Of a stretch of 64,000 bases of DNA, positions 11,930 through 24,081 are shown piece after piece; position 1 is the first letter of the stretch; the number at the start of each line of letters is the position of its first letter. Below the pieces are notes generated by a model. The model was not told where the DNA came from, did no database searches, and was given only the letters and a program-made list of their open reading frames with translations. The DNA comes from Macrostomum lignano (taxonomy: Eukaryota), in contig NIVC01000323.1 in assembly GCA_002269645.1 (NCBI GenBank), positions 290,092 to 354,091 of the forward strand. The letters are read 5' to 3'. Both the position numbers and the translations under genes were made by a program.

Positions 11930-13260
11930 ATTTTCATCTCTAATATCTCTAATCCTCCATGTTTACAGCCATACGCCGATAAGTCCGGAGGAACTGCCTC
12001 AGCAGTTTGCAGTCTTCAATGATCAACAAACATAGAATAATGATTTAGTATTTGTAAGATAAATAAAAGAAAAATACAGACCAAAGAAAATTTTAAAACT
12101 GTCTTCTTTCCAGATAACTAAAATCTTTCGAAAACGCGATCAAAATCAGTATAGGACTGTAAGTCCTATAGGACTAAATCGCTAATCTAGGTTTGCTCGT
12201 ATGTAACGCTCTAGAGATTTAACCGATTGTTTGTATTCTCTAAAAAATTTTGGTGAAAACGCGATCAAAATTGGTCAATTCCGCGCTGTCAGCAGTTCGT
12301 CTACCTCGGCGGTCTGGTACCTGACGTCCGCGAAGATCTGCGGCGTCGCCGCGGGCTCGCTTGGGCTGCCTTTCGCTCTGTGAGGGCGGTCCTGCAGTCC
12401 GAGGCCCTACCCGACCGCCAGAGGGCGGCGCTGTTCCAGGCGGTGGTCGAGACCGTTCTGTTGTAGTACAACGCCGAGACCTGGACGCTGACGGATTCGC
12501 TTGAACAGCAGGTCAACGCGGCGCACGCTGGCCTGCTGCGCGCCGCCTTCAACATCGGCGTCGAGCGAGTCAACAACGCGGCACTCTATCGCCGCGCCGG
12601 CCTGGCCCGTCCAAGTGAACTGCTGCGACTTCGGCGACTCCAGCTGGCAGGCCACATCATCCGCGCCGAGTCCTACTGCCCGCAGCCGGTGCAGGAGGTG
12701 CTGCTGCTGACGCTGCAGGCACCCTACCGGCGCGGCCAGGCCCGAACTCGGCGTTTCGTCGACTGCCTGCTGGCCGACGCTGGCGCCCCGGACTCTGCTG
12801 GCGGTGCAGCCTTTGTTCGCAGCCAGGCTCTGAAGCGTGCCCTGTGACGCTGCTTTTTTCCACCTGACAGCGTAATTTGTTGCTTTGTTGTTGTTGCTTA
12901 CATACAAACAAACATAGGTAGGAGATTGAGTATAGGTAGATTGTCATTTTCATCTTTAATATCTCTAATCCTCCAAGTTTACAGCTATTATACGCCGATA
13001 AGTCTGGAGGAACTTCCTCTGCAGTGTGCAGTCTGCAATGATCAACAAACATCGATTAGATATTTAGTATCCGTAAGATATATAGAAGAAAAATACAGAT
13101 CAAAGAAATATTAACTGTCTTCTTTCCAGATAATTAAGAATCTTCTGGCGAAAACGCGATCAAAATTGGTCTATTGGTTCTATTTCTAGAGCGTTACATA
13201 CAAACAAACATAGATTAGATATTTAGTATATTTAGATATATAGGTAGAAGATAGAAGATA
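11930..13260. repeat. Tandemly repeated ~300-bp element, possibly Helitron-like non-autonomous; copies at ~11930-12275 and ~12900-13260
   Basis: ~220-bp direct repeat (11930-12145 vs 12945-13168); recurring GAAAACGCGATCAAAATTGG and TTACATACAAACAAAC motifs. The family assignment is inference. Confidence 0.5.
12281..12896 (+). mobile_element. Degenerate 5'-truncated RTE LINE
   Basis: RCQQFVYLGG...LAWAAFRSVR...VVETVLL*YNAETW (inserted TAG)...LKRAL* at 12845-12847, then a (GTT)n tail; related to 6965-7897. Confidence 0.85.
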
Positions 13261-13305
13261 GAGATGGATAGACAGAATATAGAAAGAAGTGAGCTGTTGA
13301 TTGGT

Positions 13306-13805
13306 CAATCAGTGCAATCAATCAGTGCAATCAATCAGTGCAATCAATCAGTGCAATCAATCAGTGCAATCAATCAGTGCAATCAATCAGTGCAATCAAT
13401 CAGTGCAATCAATCAGTGCAATCAATCAGTGCAATCAATCAATGCAATCAATCAGTGCAATCAATCAGTGCAATCAATCAGTGCAATCAATCAATGCAAT
13501 CAATCAGTGCAATCAATCAGTGCAATCAATCAGTGCAATCAATCAGTGCAATCAATCAGTGCAATCAATCAGTGCAATCAATCAGTGCAATCAATCAATG
13601 CAATCAATCAGTGCAATCAATCAGTGCAATCAATCAGTGCAATCAATCAGTGCAATCAATCAATGCAATCAATCAATGCAATCAATCAGTGCAATCAATC
13701 AGTGCAATCAATCAGTGCAATCAATCAGTGCAATCAATCAATGCAATCAATCAGTGCAATCAATCAGTGCAATCAATCAATCAGTGCAATCAATCAGTGC
13801 AATCA
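13306..13805. repeat. 13-bp minisatellite (CAATCAATCAGTG)n, ~38 copies
   Basis: Directly visible; accounts for the three overlapping QCNQS ORFs. Confidence 0.95.
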
Positions 13806-15443
13806 TTAGAAATTTGAGAAGGGAAGAGGTGACGGTGAGCGCACAAAATACTGTAAGTAGACGCAGAGAAAGGGGGGGCAGCGCAGGAAACTAGTGCAGA
13901 AAGAGACAAAAAGAGGGGAGATAGGGAAAGTACACGAAGAATAGGGCGGAGCGCAGAGGAGATAGGGTAGAGGGGGAGGTACAGAGAGGGGTAGGGAGCT
14001 CCGGAAAGGCAAGTGTGGCGGCAGGGGAGACGGAGCCAAGGCAGCAGGGGGTGCAGCAGAGCGGGAGTCTCTAGGCCTGGTCGGAGACCTGGCCGAGTCT
14101 CGACAGCTCTGAGCAGGAGGTGCACGGCGATGAGCGGGACCCTTCGAAAATGTGTTCAAATCATGCTTGCATTGACAATGATTCAATTGCCCTCGAAACC
14201 ATTCATTCAAGTCCTGCAGCTATTCTCTCACCTCTGTCTTTCCCTTTGTGTAAGAGCCCAGGAGTAATGCGTTTTACACCCCGTCAACCTTTTATAACGC
14301 TACAAATCACTAATGCATACAAAAAGTCCCTATTCCTAATACCAATACAGTCACAGTCACAAAATTGTATTACATATAATATTATGCTTAATGACTTATA
14401 ATTAATTGCTAAATTGTGCTCGTACAACTGACTGAACCACCTTAACTTAACAAAACTTTCTGCGAACAGATCGACTCAAACACAGCCTGCGAGGCTGTGG
14501 AAGATGGAACCAAAAAGCTCGAACGAGAGTCACAAAAGCGCTCAGCTGCACACAGAGATCTGGATCACGATGTGAAACTTAAACTGTCGTTTGAAGAAAC
14601 TCTCCGCTGTGCGAGTCCAGACGTTCAGGAGGAGCTGCTTGTAACTCTTGAGCTTTGCGAGGCCTGCTACCTGCTTGTCCAACTGGTTCAGAGACACAGG
14701 CGAGCCATTTGCGACCACCAGGGGCACGAGAGAGAAGGTTGAGCAGCTGATGCACGGGTCGGTGAGTCAGACTAGTCATTGCAATAGCTTTGCAACATCG
14801 CATAAAAAAGACCAAGGTGAGAGATTCAATTATTGAATATACATGTAAGTGATTGGTGATTCTCTTGCAGCAGTCACTGGCTGAAAGGAGCTTCGAAGGA
14901 CAGCGCGAGCGTTGCCAGGTCCAGAAAGCACCGATAAGGACCAGCTGGACCGGGGAAGAGACCCACCCGTAAGGTTCAGCCTCGTTGCCCTGTTCATCTG
15001 CCTTTGCGGCCTGTCGCCCCTGGTCTTCTTAGGGCAGAAGTCCCGGCGCTACGGATTTGCCTTTGGCAAGGAGTGCCTGGTGGCAGCCGTTTGCAAGCAT
15101 CTCGCTCGCCGCGTCAGAAGAAGCGTTCTGGGTCGCTACTCGTCTGCTAGAAGGATTTTGATTGGCAATTGCGTTTTGCTTCTCTTCTTTGGAACATATG
15201 TGCTCATCTGTTCGGTTAGCTACTCATATCACATATCATGTGATCACCCCGAGTCAGGCAGCGGCAGCGGCGGCTTCTGACCTTCCCTGTGCTTTTTTCT
15301 AACTGGCGTCAGAGCGGAAATAAAATTTCTAAGAAACACCGCGGCTGCGCACCTGCGGCGCTCGCGGCTCCTCTGGGGAGCGAGTTTGGAGATAAAATGC
15401 TTTGTTGCCATGGCAACCTTCGGCTTTGTTACCTGCTTTTGAA

Positions 15444-16509
15444 GTGACTGTAAGTTGAGGCCAGATTGGTGACTCACTCATTAGTGACTGTGAGCTGAGG
15501 CCAGATTGGTGACTCACTCATTGGTGACTGTGAGCTGAGGCCAGATTGGTGACTCACTCATTGGTGACTGTGAGCTGAGGCCACATTGGTGACTCACTCA
15601 TTGGTGACTGTGAGCTGAGGCCAGATTGGTTACTCACTCACTGGTGACTGTGAGCTGAGACCACATTGGTGACTCACTCATTGGTGACTGTGAGCTGAGG
15701 CCAGCCAGATTGGTGACTCACTCATTGGTGACTGTGAGCTGAGGCCACATTGGTGACTCACTCATTGGGGACTGTGAGCTGAGGCCAGATTGGTGACTCA
15801 CTCATTGGTGACTGTGAGCTGAGGCCACATTGGTGACTCACTCATTGGGGACTGTGAGCTGAGGCCACATTGGTTACTCACTCATTGGGGACTGTGAGCT
15901 GAGGCCAGATTGGTGACTCACTCATTGATGACTGTGAGCTGAGGCCGGATTGGTGACTCACTCATTGATGACTGTGAGCTGAGACCACATTGGTGACTCA
16001 CTCATTGGTGACTGTGAGCTGAGGCCAGCCAGATTGGTGACTCGCTCATTGGTGACTGTGAGCTGAGGCCAGCCAGATTGGTGACTCACTCATTGGTGAC
16101 TGTGAGCTGAGGCCACATTGGTGACTCACTCATTGGTGACTGTGAGCTGAGGCCAGCCAGATTGGTGACTCACTCATTGGTGACTGTGAGCTGAGGCCAG
16201 ATTGGTGTCTCACTCATTGGGGACTGTGAGCTGAGGACAGATTGGTGACTCACTCATTGGTGACTGTGAGCTGAGGCCAGATTGGTGTCTCACTCATTGG
16301 GGACTGTGAGCTGAGGACAGATTGGTGACTCACTCATTGGTGACTGTAAGCTGAGGCCACATTGGTGACTCACTCATTGGTGACTGTGAGCTGAGGCCAG
16401 ATTGGTGACTCACTCATTGGTGACTGTGAGCTGAGGCCACATTGGTGACTCACTCATTGGTGACTGTGAGCTGAGGCCAGATTGGTGACTCACTCATTTG
16501 TGACTGTGA
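15444..16509. repeat. 40-bp minisatellite (GTGACTGTGAGCTGAGGCCAGATTGGTGACTCACTCATTG)n, ~26 copies
   Basis: Directly visible, with some 44-bp variants. Confidence 0.95.
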
Positions 16510-17097
16510 ACAACTCAAACAGCTCGCGCAAAAGCCAGAGAAGCTGACAAAATTACGAATTCAACTTAAGCTGCTGCATCAAGTCTCTCCAGCATCTCCC
16601 TGACCAAGCCGACCTTTAAATTTTCAAGTTTCATGCAGAAAACTGCTACTGTACATTTGGCTTATATATTTCATTAAAAGCATTGGCAATTGGGTATTGA
16701 AGTCCGCAGAACAAAATCGCAGAGAAAAGCCCGCATCAAAGCAGACACGCAGCTTGAACCGAAAAAGCAATTCAGCATGCAGTGTGAATTTAATTGCAGC
16801 ACAAATGTACAAAATTGCAATTCACAGCAGGAAGGCTGCTGGAACTCGATGGCTCTCGATGTGCTCATTTCCTAAAAGTGCAACTGAGTCAGCCACAATG
16901 GAAGATCTATGCACAATAACCCAAGAGCATGTACAAAACTTATGAATCAAATAAATACAACGGTAAGGAAAACAGGAAAACAGAACGCTAAAAGTACTAA
17001 GTAACTGGGTCTAAAATTCCGGTCCAGCAAAACTTATAAATCTGAGCAAGTCACCTGACAAGTCTTGTTTTCTCGAAGTCCTAAAGTGCAGTAAACA

Positions 17098-17832
17098 TGT
17101 TTAACATGGCTCGTTTGCCCGTGTTTACGGGAGGAATCACTTCGGGGCCGTTGCCTTCTCTAAGGTAATAGGTGACTCTTGTTTCTAAAAATAGATACTG
17201 AGTCATGCGGCCCTCTGCACTTTACCCGCAGACCCTGCCTTCTCTAAGGCGGAGGGTGACGTCAGTTCTAAAAATAGAACAGAGTCACGAGGTCTGGCAC
17301 ACACTGGCGCAGCGGGGATTTCCTACCTATAAATTCGTGCCCCTCACCCTTGGTTCAGTCAAAGATTCGGAGTCTTCTTGATCTTCTTTAGTCTAGTTTT
17401 CCAGACTTAGTTCAGTTTCCCATTTAGCTATCTGTAATTGGCCTGACTAAACTTAGACGCCCAAGCCTAAAGGAGGCTAGCACTGTCTTCCCAACCACCC
17501 CCTGAGCCCGGTGGGATCTGCTGACCACCAGGACGCCTTGTTCATTAATCTGCAAATCTGCACGCTGTGCTGAGTTCGTTGACTTATTTATTTCGTTTCG
17601 ACGGGAAGCTCACCTCATCAAAGGCCGAGACCTAAAAAACTGGTGGCAGCACTACCTACGCTACTAAGAGCTAATAGAAGGCTTTCGGTTAAAGCCGGTT
17701 AGCCCAAATCACTGTGCTAGACAGCAGGAGAAGCACAGGTACAACATTGGAGGCAGCGGTGGGATTTGAAGACCTACTAGACCACCCCAGGAAAACCAAA
17801 AGTACTTCAAGAGCAACGAAGTCTTCAGATCA
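17098..17832 (+). mobile_element. LTR (~17098-17746) plus tRNA-Leu primer-binding site and a short internal stub
   Basis: TG...CA ends; duplicated U3-like blocks; TGAGTCA at 17199, TGACGTCA at 17257, TATAAA at 17328; TGGAGGCAGCGGTGGGATT at 17748-17766 matches the tRNA-Leu PBS with one mismatch. The left boundary is approximate. Confidence 0.7.
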
Positions 17833-19371
17833 CTGCAGTCTCATCCGACTGAGCTTGGCGTGAGTCCAGCTGTCTCTCTGCTCCGCTGCTGTTTCCATGG
17901 CAACCAGGCGCCCCAAGTCCGAGCCGTCTCGCCGCAGCCTCGCCCTCGCCCACAGCCTCCGCTCCTCATCTTCCCTGCTGCGGTGAGCGGAGCTGTCACT
18001 GCCGCTGCGGTTCAAAACTCGCCACCGCTTCTGCCTGACCCAGCCGATCTTCTCCTCGTCCTGCGTCTCCATGGCGACGCGTCTCTCTTTCTCGATCATC
18101 TCCATCTGCCGCAGGCTGAGATCCACGTGCTCGCGGCAGTCGCTGTAGTGAGCCAGAGTGAGCAGCTCCTCCAAGTCCGGGTCTCCAAGCAGCTGTTCAA
18201 TCCAATGATCTAATTCGATTGCAGGTGCGCGATTGCGGAGCAGCTCAGCTTGGAGACTCCAGCTCAGGCAGCGGAAGTTCACGTACAGGTGGGAGGAGAG
18301 AGGCTGCGACAGTCTGGCTGTGAACAGAGTCTTCATGAACTCGGGAAGGAATGGAAAGCGAGGCGGAGAGTCGCAGGGGAGGCAGAACCTCCACGCCCAG
18401 TCTGAGTCTGTTTGCAATTTTATCAATATACTCCAGTTTCTACTCTCGTCTCGAATATCCTGTGGCTTCAACCCTGACTCAACCTGATGTCTCTGCAGCT
18501 CCATCGCGAGTCTCTCAGCCTCCTCAGATTCTCCGAACTTCAAATGCGCCATGGCGGTCATGCACAGGGCGGCGCACTTGCACCACTGCAGCTCATGCAG
18601 GAGACTGAGCTGCCTCATCACGGTGTCTCTGTCGCTCGATTCCGACTGCAGCTCGCTCACACACTGGTGCACCACACTGTACACGTCTGCGAACTTGTAG
18701 TAAAACTCTGAAGCATAACTTCCTTTCCTGATCTCCGTGACAGCAAGCGGGGCTGTCAGAGGCAGCAGAGTGAACGGGTGAAAGTAGAACTTCTCTGGCT
18801 GCAGAGGTCTCACGAGTCTCCTCAGCTGCTCGACCACTCCGCTGATGTCGCTTCTCAGCTCACAAAGTCGGTCTCGAACCCTCGCCTTCGTGTTTTCGAA
18901 GTCGCCGCCAATTCCAGCGTTCTTGAAGTAGAGCGGAGCGTCGGGCATGAAGAAGTGCGGCATGCACTCATCGGGCGAGCTGCTCGAGTCGATGAAGCTC
19001 AGCATCAAGTCGAGAGACTCCTTGAGCAGAGCGATCAGATTGTGGGGCTGCCAAGCCTCACTTGAAGGATCTGTTCCATGCTTCTCCAGCATTGTGAAGA
19101 GCAGAGTCTTTGCATGGTAGGTCTTGAGTCCAGGTGTGTCCAGAGTGAGCGGCAAGTGTCTCTTGAAGATGAACTTGGTGAGTGTGAACAGCTGGCCCTG
19201 GACTGTGCTCAGCCGTCTCATGATGTCTTTCTCTTGGAAGCTGAAGCTCACTCTGAGCTCGTTGGTCGAGCTCGGTCTGGTCGCCCGTACGAGGTGAACT
19301 TTGCCATAATGCTTAATTTTATAATTAATGTCGTCATCATCATCATCATCATCATCACCATCATAATCATT

Positions 19372-19407
<36 letters not shown>

Positions 19408-20582
19408 GTCATCAGTGTCACCATCAAAAATACTGAATGGAATCAGTTTTCTCATTCTGGCCTTGCAGAAACTTCTGCAGCACTGGATCGCATGGCATGT
19501 GTCCTGTGCAGGCCGCACACCGCATGCCGTGGCTGTCACTGCAGGTTGGCTGCCTGCAGAGCGTAGTTAGCGGAGAGTGGCTTTATGGCGAGTGAAAAAT
19601 ATAAGTTTGTTTGAAACTGCTTGAATGTGCTGGTTGAGTTCGTTCTGCTCATGTGTCAGTGCTACTACTGTAATCAATGAATGAAGCAAAGTATTCGTTA
19701 AAGTGCTTGCAGGGGCACCGCTATGGGGTTGATGATGGGGAGAGAAAGCGAAAAGTTATTAAACTTCCTTTCAGATCAGATTTTAACGTACTGCGCATAG
19801 TAAGCATTGTAATTATAACATCTGAGGTGCTGAGGCAGTACATTGGATAAATAATCAGCGGTCTCCGTCCGTGACAACGATTGTCTGGCGTATATTACCT
19901 CGTGCTCATTATCTTAAAGAGTCACGAAATACAATGAAAAGAACACTAAGTGTCTGTTGAGATGAGCTGTTGAGAAGGCTGAAAAGGAACTGAAGGACTG
20001 GAAGTCAATTCCAAAGACAATCAAACAAGTTGCCTGATTGGTTGCCAGAATTTTTTTCAAAGTGGAATGAGAGCTGGATGTTTTTCAGAATGGTTTTAAA
20101 TTCAGGTTGAACTTGTGAACTCAAAAATTCAGAAACTTCGTATTGAATAAAAAATCGATTGAGCAATTCATGGATTGGCATAGGGAGCCGAGCGTCACTC
20201 ACCTGCTCCGACTGGCACCTGTGCGTGGCCCTCCTTGACCTGCAGCGGAGTGGCGTCTTTGCAGGAATCCCGGAAGCTTTCTTGTCCATCGCAGCCGCCT
20301 TCTAGATGGAACTTTTGCCCAGCAACCAGCACAGTCCAGTCAATGTCCGAGTCTGCAGCTGTCCTGCCGTTTACTTGCACCAGACTGTTGGCCCAGCCCT
20401 CTGCGTAGCTGCCCGTCATCTGCCTGCAATTGCCATCCTGTGCGACGTCTTTTGCTACTTGTTGCAGCCAGTCAGCCAGTCTCTGCTGACGCTTTGCTCT
20501 CTGCTCGGTGAATCCCGCCTCGCTGAGCAGTCGATGCAGCTCCTCGCTGAGACGGCGGTCTTGCTCGGAGTGGTCTGAGAGT
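17830..20582 (-). CDS. Copy 1 NTase/Mab-21 half
   Basis: GSYAEG...DSDID, QDTCHAI, HLV, LRVSFSFQEK, LKTYHAKTLLF and PHFFMP motifs of the Mab-21 family. Confidence 0.88.
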
Positions 20583-22055
20583 CTGGGTGGAGAGGTGAGA
20601 AAGGAGTCAGTGGAGGTGGATTTGCAGCGTGGCCCAAGCTCAACCCAAGGGAGGAAGACAGTCAGACTCACGGATGGAGGCGTTGAGCGACTGTCTGCGG
20701 GTGCTTTGGGTTTCTGGAATGTGTGAAGGAAAGCGAGGTAAGGTAGCGAAGTGATTGCGAGTAGAATGGCAACTAATGCAAACTGACTTGGTGGGATTCA
20801 GCAGCCGCAGCACCTGCCGCTGCTCAAATCGCTGTGCGAGCTGCTCACACATGAGGCCCTGACTGTCTCGATGGCTGGAATCGGCTCCATTGTCGATGAG
20901 AGTCTTGGCTGCTCGCACGTGACCGGCTTGGCAGGCTCGTGACAGAGCAGTGCGACCGTGAGTGTCTTGAGCGTGCAGTGAGGCGCCGAGTTGGATGAGT
21001 TGGTGAATGAGCTCGTGATGACCTGCATCAGCTGCGAGCATGAGAGCGGTGGCTCCGGTGTTGTCGTCTGGAAGATCGACATGCTGTGTGCTGAATCGCT
21101 CATAATTGAGCAGTGTGGAAGCAAGAGCGACGTGTCTTTGAGAGATGGAGAGACGGAGCAGGCATGTTATTTGATCTGGTTGCATTCGAGAGAGGGTGTC
21201 GTTGAGCACAAAGTTCCTGCCTTCAATGGCCTTTGCTGCAGTGAAGCTGAGGATGGAGCTGTATTTGAAAAGCCATTCCGGTTCGAGTACGAGGGAGGCA
21301 ACGACATTTTCGCGAAGACGAGAGCAAGCCGGGACTGCGCATTGGAAACGGAGATTCGCTCTCTGATCCGGACTCGAGAGACACGCAATGAGAAAATCGA
21401 CGATTTCAAAGTGACCCTCTTTTGCAGCGTTTTTGGCAGCATTGATGCAGCAGGTGTCCCTGTTTGGTTGGTCATTGATTTGCATGACGAGAAACTTGAC
21501 GATTTCAAAGTGACCCCGGTCTGCAGCAATACCGGCAGCTTTGGTGCAGTAGGTCTCCCTGATTGGTTGGTCATTGATTTGTGGAACTAAAAACTTGATG
21601 ATTTCATAGTGACCAGGAAGTACAGCCCATTCGGCAGCGTTTTTGCAGCAGGCGTCCCTTTTTAATCGGTCATTGATTCGTGAGACGAGAAACTTGACGA
21701 TTTCAAAGTGACCCCGGTCTGCAGCATTTACGGCAGCTTCGATGCAGCAGGTGTCCCTGTTTGATTGGTCATTGAATTGTGGAACTAGAAACTTGATGAT
21801 TTCAAAGTGACCATAAAGTAGAGCGCTTTCGGCAGCTTTATTACAGCAGGTGTCCCTGTTTGATCGGTCATTGATTTGTGAGACGAGAAACTTGACGTCT
21901 TCAACATGACCAATTCTTGTAGCAGTGCAAGTAGCCTCGACGATGTCGTTAAAGTTCCCGTGGGTTGCAGCGCGTCGAGCAGTTTGCGTGATGTTGTCGG
22001 TGGTGACGGACTGATGGCGACTTTGGTTTTGGTTCATTGTTCTGGAGAGCGGCAT
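17830..22055 (-). CDS. ANK-cGLR copy 1: ankyrin repeats plus cGAS-like/Mab-21 nucleotidyltransferase (~1137 aa, in frame)
   Basis: Exons 22055-20788, 20713-20672, 20582-20203 and 19553-17830 with GT-AG introns in phases 2, 2, 1; total 3414 nt. The start could instead be ATG 22037. Confidence 0.8.
20788..22055 (-). CDS. Copy 1 ankyrin exon: 5 atypical 33-aa repeats plus canonical ANK repeats
   Basis: GHFEIVKFLV...RDTCC repeats; GATALMLAADAGH and GRTALSRACQAGH. Confidence 0.9.
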
Positions 22056-23367
22056 TGGACGTGAAAGGCTAAAAGTGAGAGAAAAAGCAAGGAGGAAGGG
22101 AGAAAGAGAGGAGCGAGAAAATGGAATTGAGAAAGAGGGTAGGAAAAAGAGGGGGCGGAAAGGAGAAAGGCAGGAAGAGATAAAAAGGGGAGGGAGAGAG
22201 AAAGAGAGGAAGGGAGAGATGGAGAGGTGAATCTTACCTTTGATCTTTGGCTGCTGTCAAAGTAGCAGCTGTCAGTCACCGGTGCTGTCTGCAGCTCAGT
22301 TCGCCCTTATTGCCCCGGTCAGGCAGTCTAAAATTCAGATTATGCTGAAATGTTCAACCTGTTTACCTACCGCCTGCCCCAGCAATCTGAGCCTCACTAG
22401 GCACGGTTTAAATGGTAGCGTCATCCGTGCTGTCTATCTATCTATCTATCTATCTATTGCCAGGACCTGCACCGGAGCGGTTACGAAAATTAGATATCTC
22501 GGTAGTTGCTCGCACTCTTTTGCACTACTTGAGTAGTCTGATTTTCGTTCGGCATGGCTGGTTCCAGCAGGTAGTTCCTCTGGATAAAAGCGCTTACCGC
22601 GCCCATTGGCTTTCCAGCTGCCTTAATCGTTTCCGGTGATCTTGTGTGCGTGCTTTTAGCTTGATTGGCTCGCTTCGCTCGCTCTTTCTCGCTATCTACT
22701 ATCTATCTATCTATCTATCTATCTCTTAGATAGTGACTCTTAGTCAGTGAGCAATCGCAAGCCCAATTAACAGCCCACTCCAGGCAAACCCAGCAGACTG
22801 AAGCAGGGCAGAGCAGGACTCACCGATCGCCAGTTATGATTATGAACTCGCCAGTCTGCTGACGGAGCGGCAGGCAGAAACTCCCAGGCCGCAGAGAAGG
22901 CGGAACTCGCAAAAGCAGGCAGGAGGCTCTGCAGCAAGCAAACACTGATACTTGGGATAAAAGGAAGAGACAGAAGACGGCAGAGGGGCAGAAGTTCTAG
23001 CCAAGAGCAGCGGCGGGCTGCTACAGAAATACCGATCGCTGGTTGGAATGAGGAAAGGCTGGGAGAGAAAAACCAGACGGCAAGGCAGAGCAAAAAAACG
23101 CACAGCAGAGTGGGGTCTTGTCGATGCGAGTGTGTGCAGCGGCCACAATGGAAACTCATTCCCGCACATTGGGAGGGCTGACTGGGCAAACAGAGGAAAC
23201 ATAAAAGAAAGCATTTAGCCCTCACACCAATGAGTACATGTAACTGCGCATTGGCAGGAAAATCGTGTCCGAAACGCTTCCGGAATAGCAAAAGCAAAAT
23301 TGGCCATTTCAGTCTCGCTTTAAAGCCGGGATTCAGATCAGATTCTTCACAACTGAGACAAGCTTTA

Positions 23368-23740
23368 TTGGAATCTGAGCACGAGTTTCACTGGAATCTG
23401 AGCACGAGTTTCATTGGAAACTGAGCACGAGTTTCATTGGAAACTGAGCACGAGTTTCATTGGAAACTGAGCACGAGTTTCATTGGAAACTGAGCACGAG
23501 TTTCACTGGAATCTGAGCACGAGTTTCATTGGAAACTGAGCACGAGTTTCACTCTGGAATCTGAGCACGAGTTTCACTCTGGAATCTGAGCACGAGTTTC
23601 ACTCTGGAATCTGAGCACGAGTTTCATTGGAAACTGAGCACGAGTTTCACTGGAATCTGAGCACGAGTTTCACTGGAATCTGAGCACGAGTTTCACTGGA
23701 ATCTGAGCACGAGTTTCACTGGAATCTGAGCACGAGTTTC
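23368..23740. repeat. 23-bp satellite B (TGGAATCTGAGCACGAGTTTCAC)n, spacer 1
   Basis: Directly visible, ~16 copies. Confidence 0.95.
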
Positions 23741-24081
23741 GTTGTAAAATTTTTGAAGGTTATTATTGACCTTAAAAATTTTTAATGCAGAACAATTTTT
23801 GTACTGGCAGCTTCCATGTCTCCTCTGTAGCCAGGGCTGACCGCTCGCCCACCTGCCACTCACCGAGCATTTTTGCTCTCTGCTTGCTTTCACTACGAGT
23901 ATCTTGCTGCAGTTTGAGTTTGAGCAGTGCGGCACGCGGCCATTTTGCAGCAGGGGCGAATCCAGTGGGCTGAGCTGAGGGGCTGCTGCGGCCCCACTGA
24001 AATTTTGAGCTGCCCTTCTGGCGACCCCGCCAGGACAGCCGCTGAGGACCGGCGCCCAAATGCAGCCTCCGCACCGCAGCC

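Noticed and set aside
13264-13894. QCNQS-repeat ORFs
   Set aside because: They are translations of the 13-bp minisatellite.
14497-15280. Two plus-strand ORFs with splice-like sites and hydrophobic stretches
   Set aside because: No recognisable motif, and I could not build a consistent in-frame exon chain.
15444-16509. CRISPR-like appearance of the regular arrays (here and satellites B, D, E)
   Set aside because: The units are contiguous with no unique spacers, there are no cas genes, and the context is eukaryotic.
20640-20787. ANK ORF tails read to their genomic stops as standalone genes (also 60591-60750)
   Set aside because: The tails run through conserved introns and the micro-exon; the spliced model keeps frame in all four copies.
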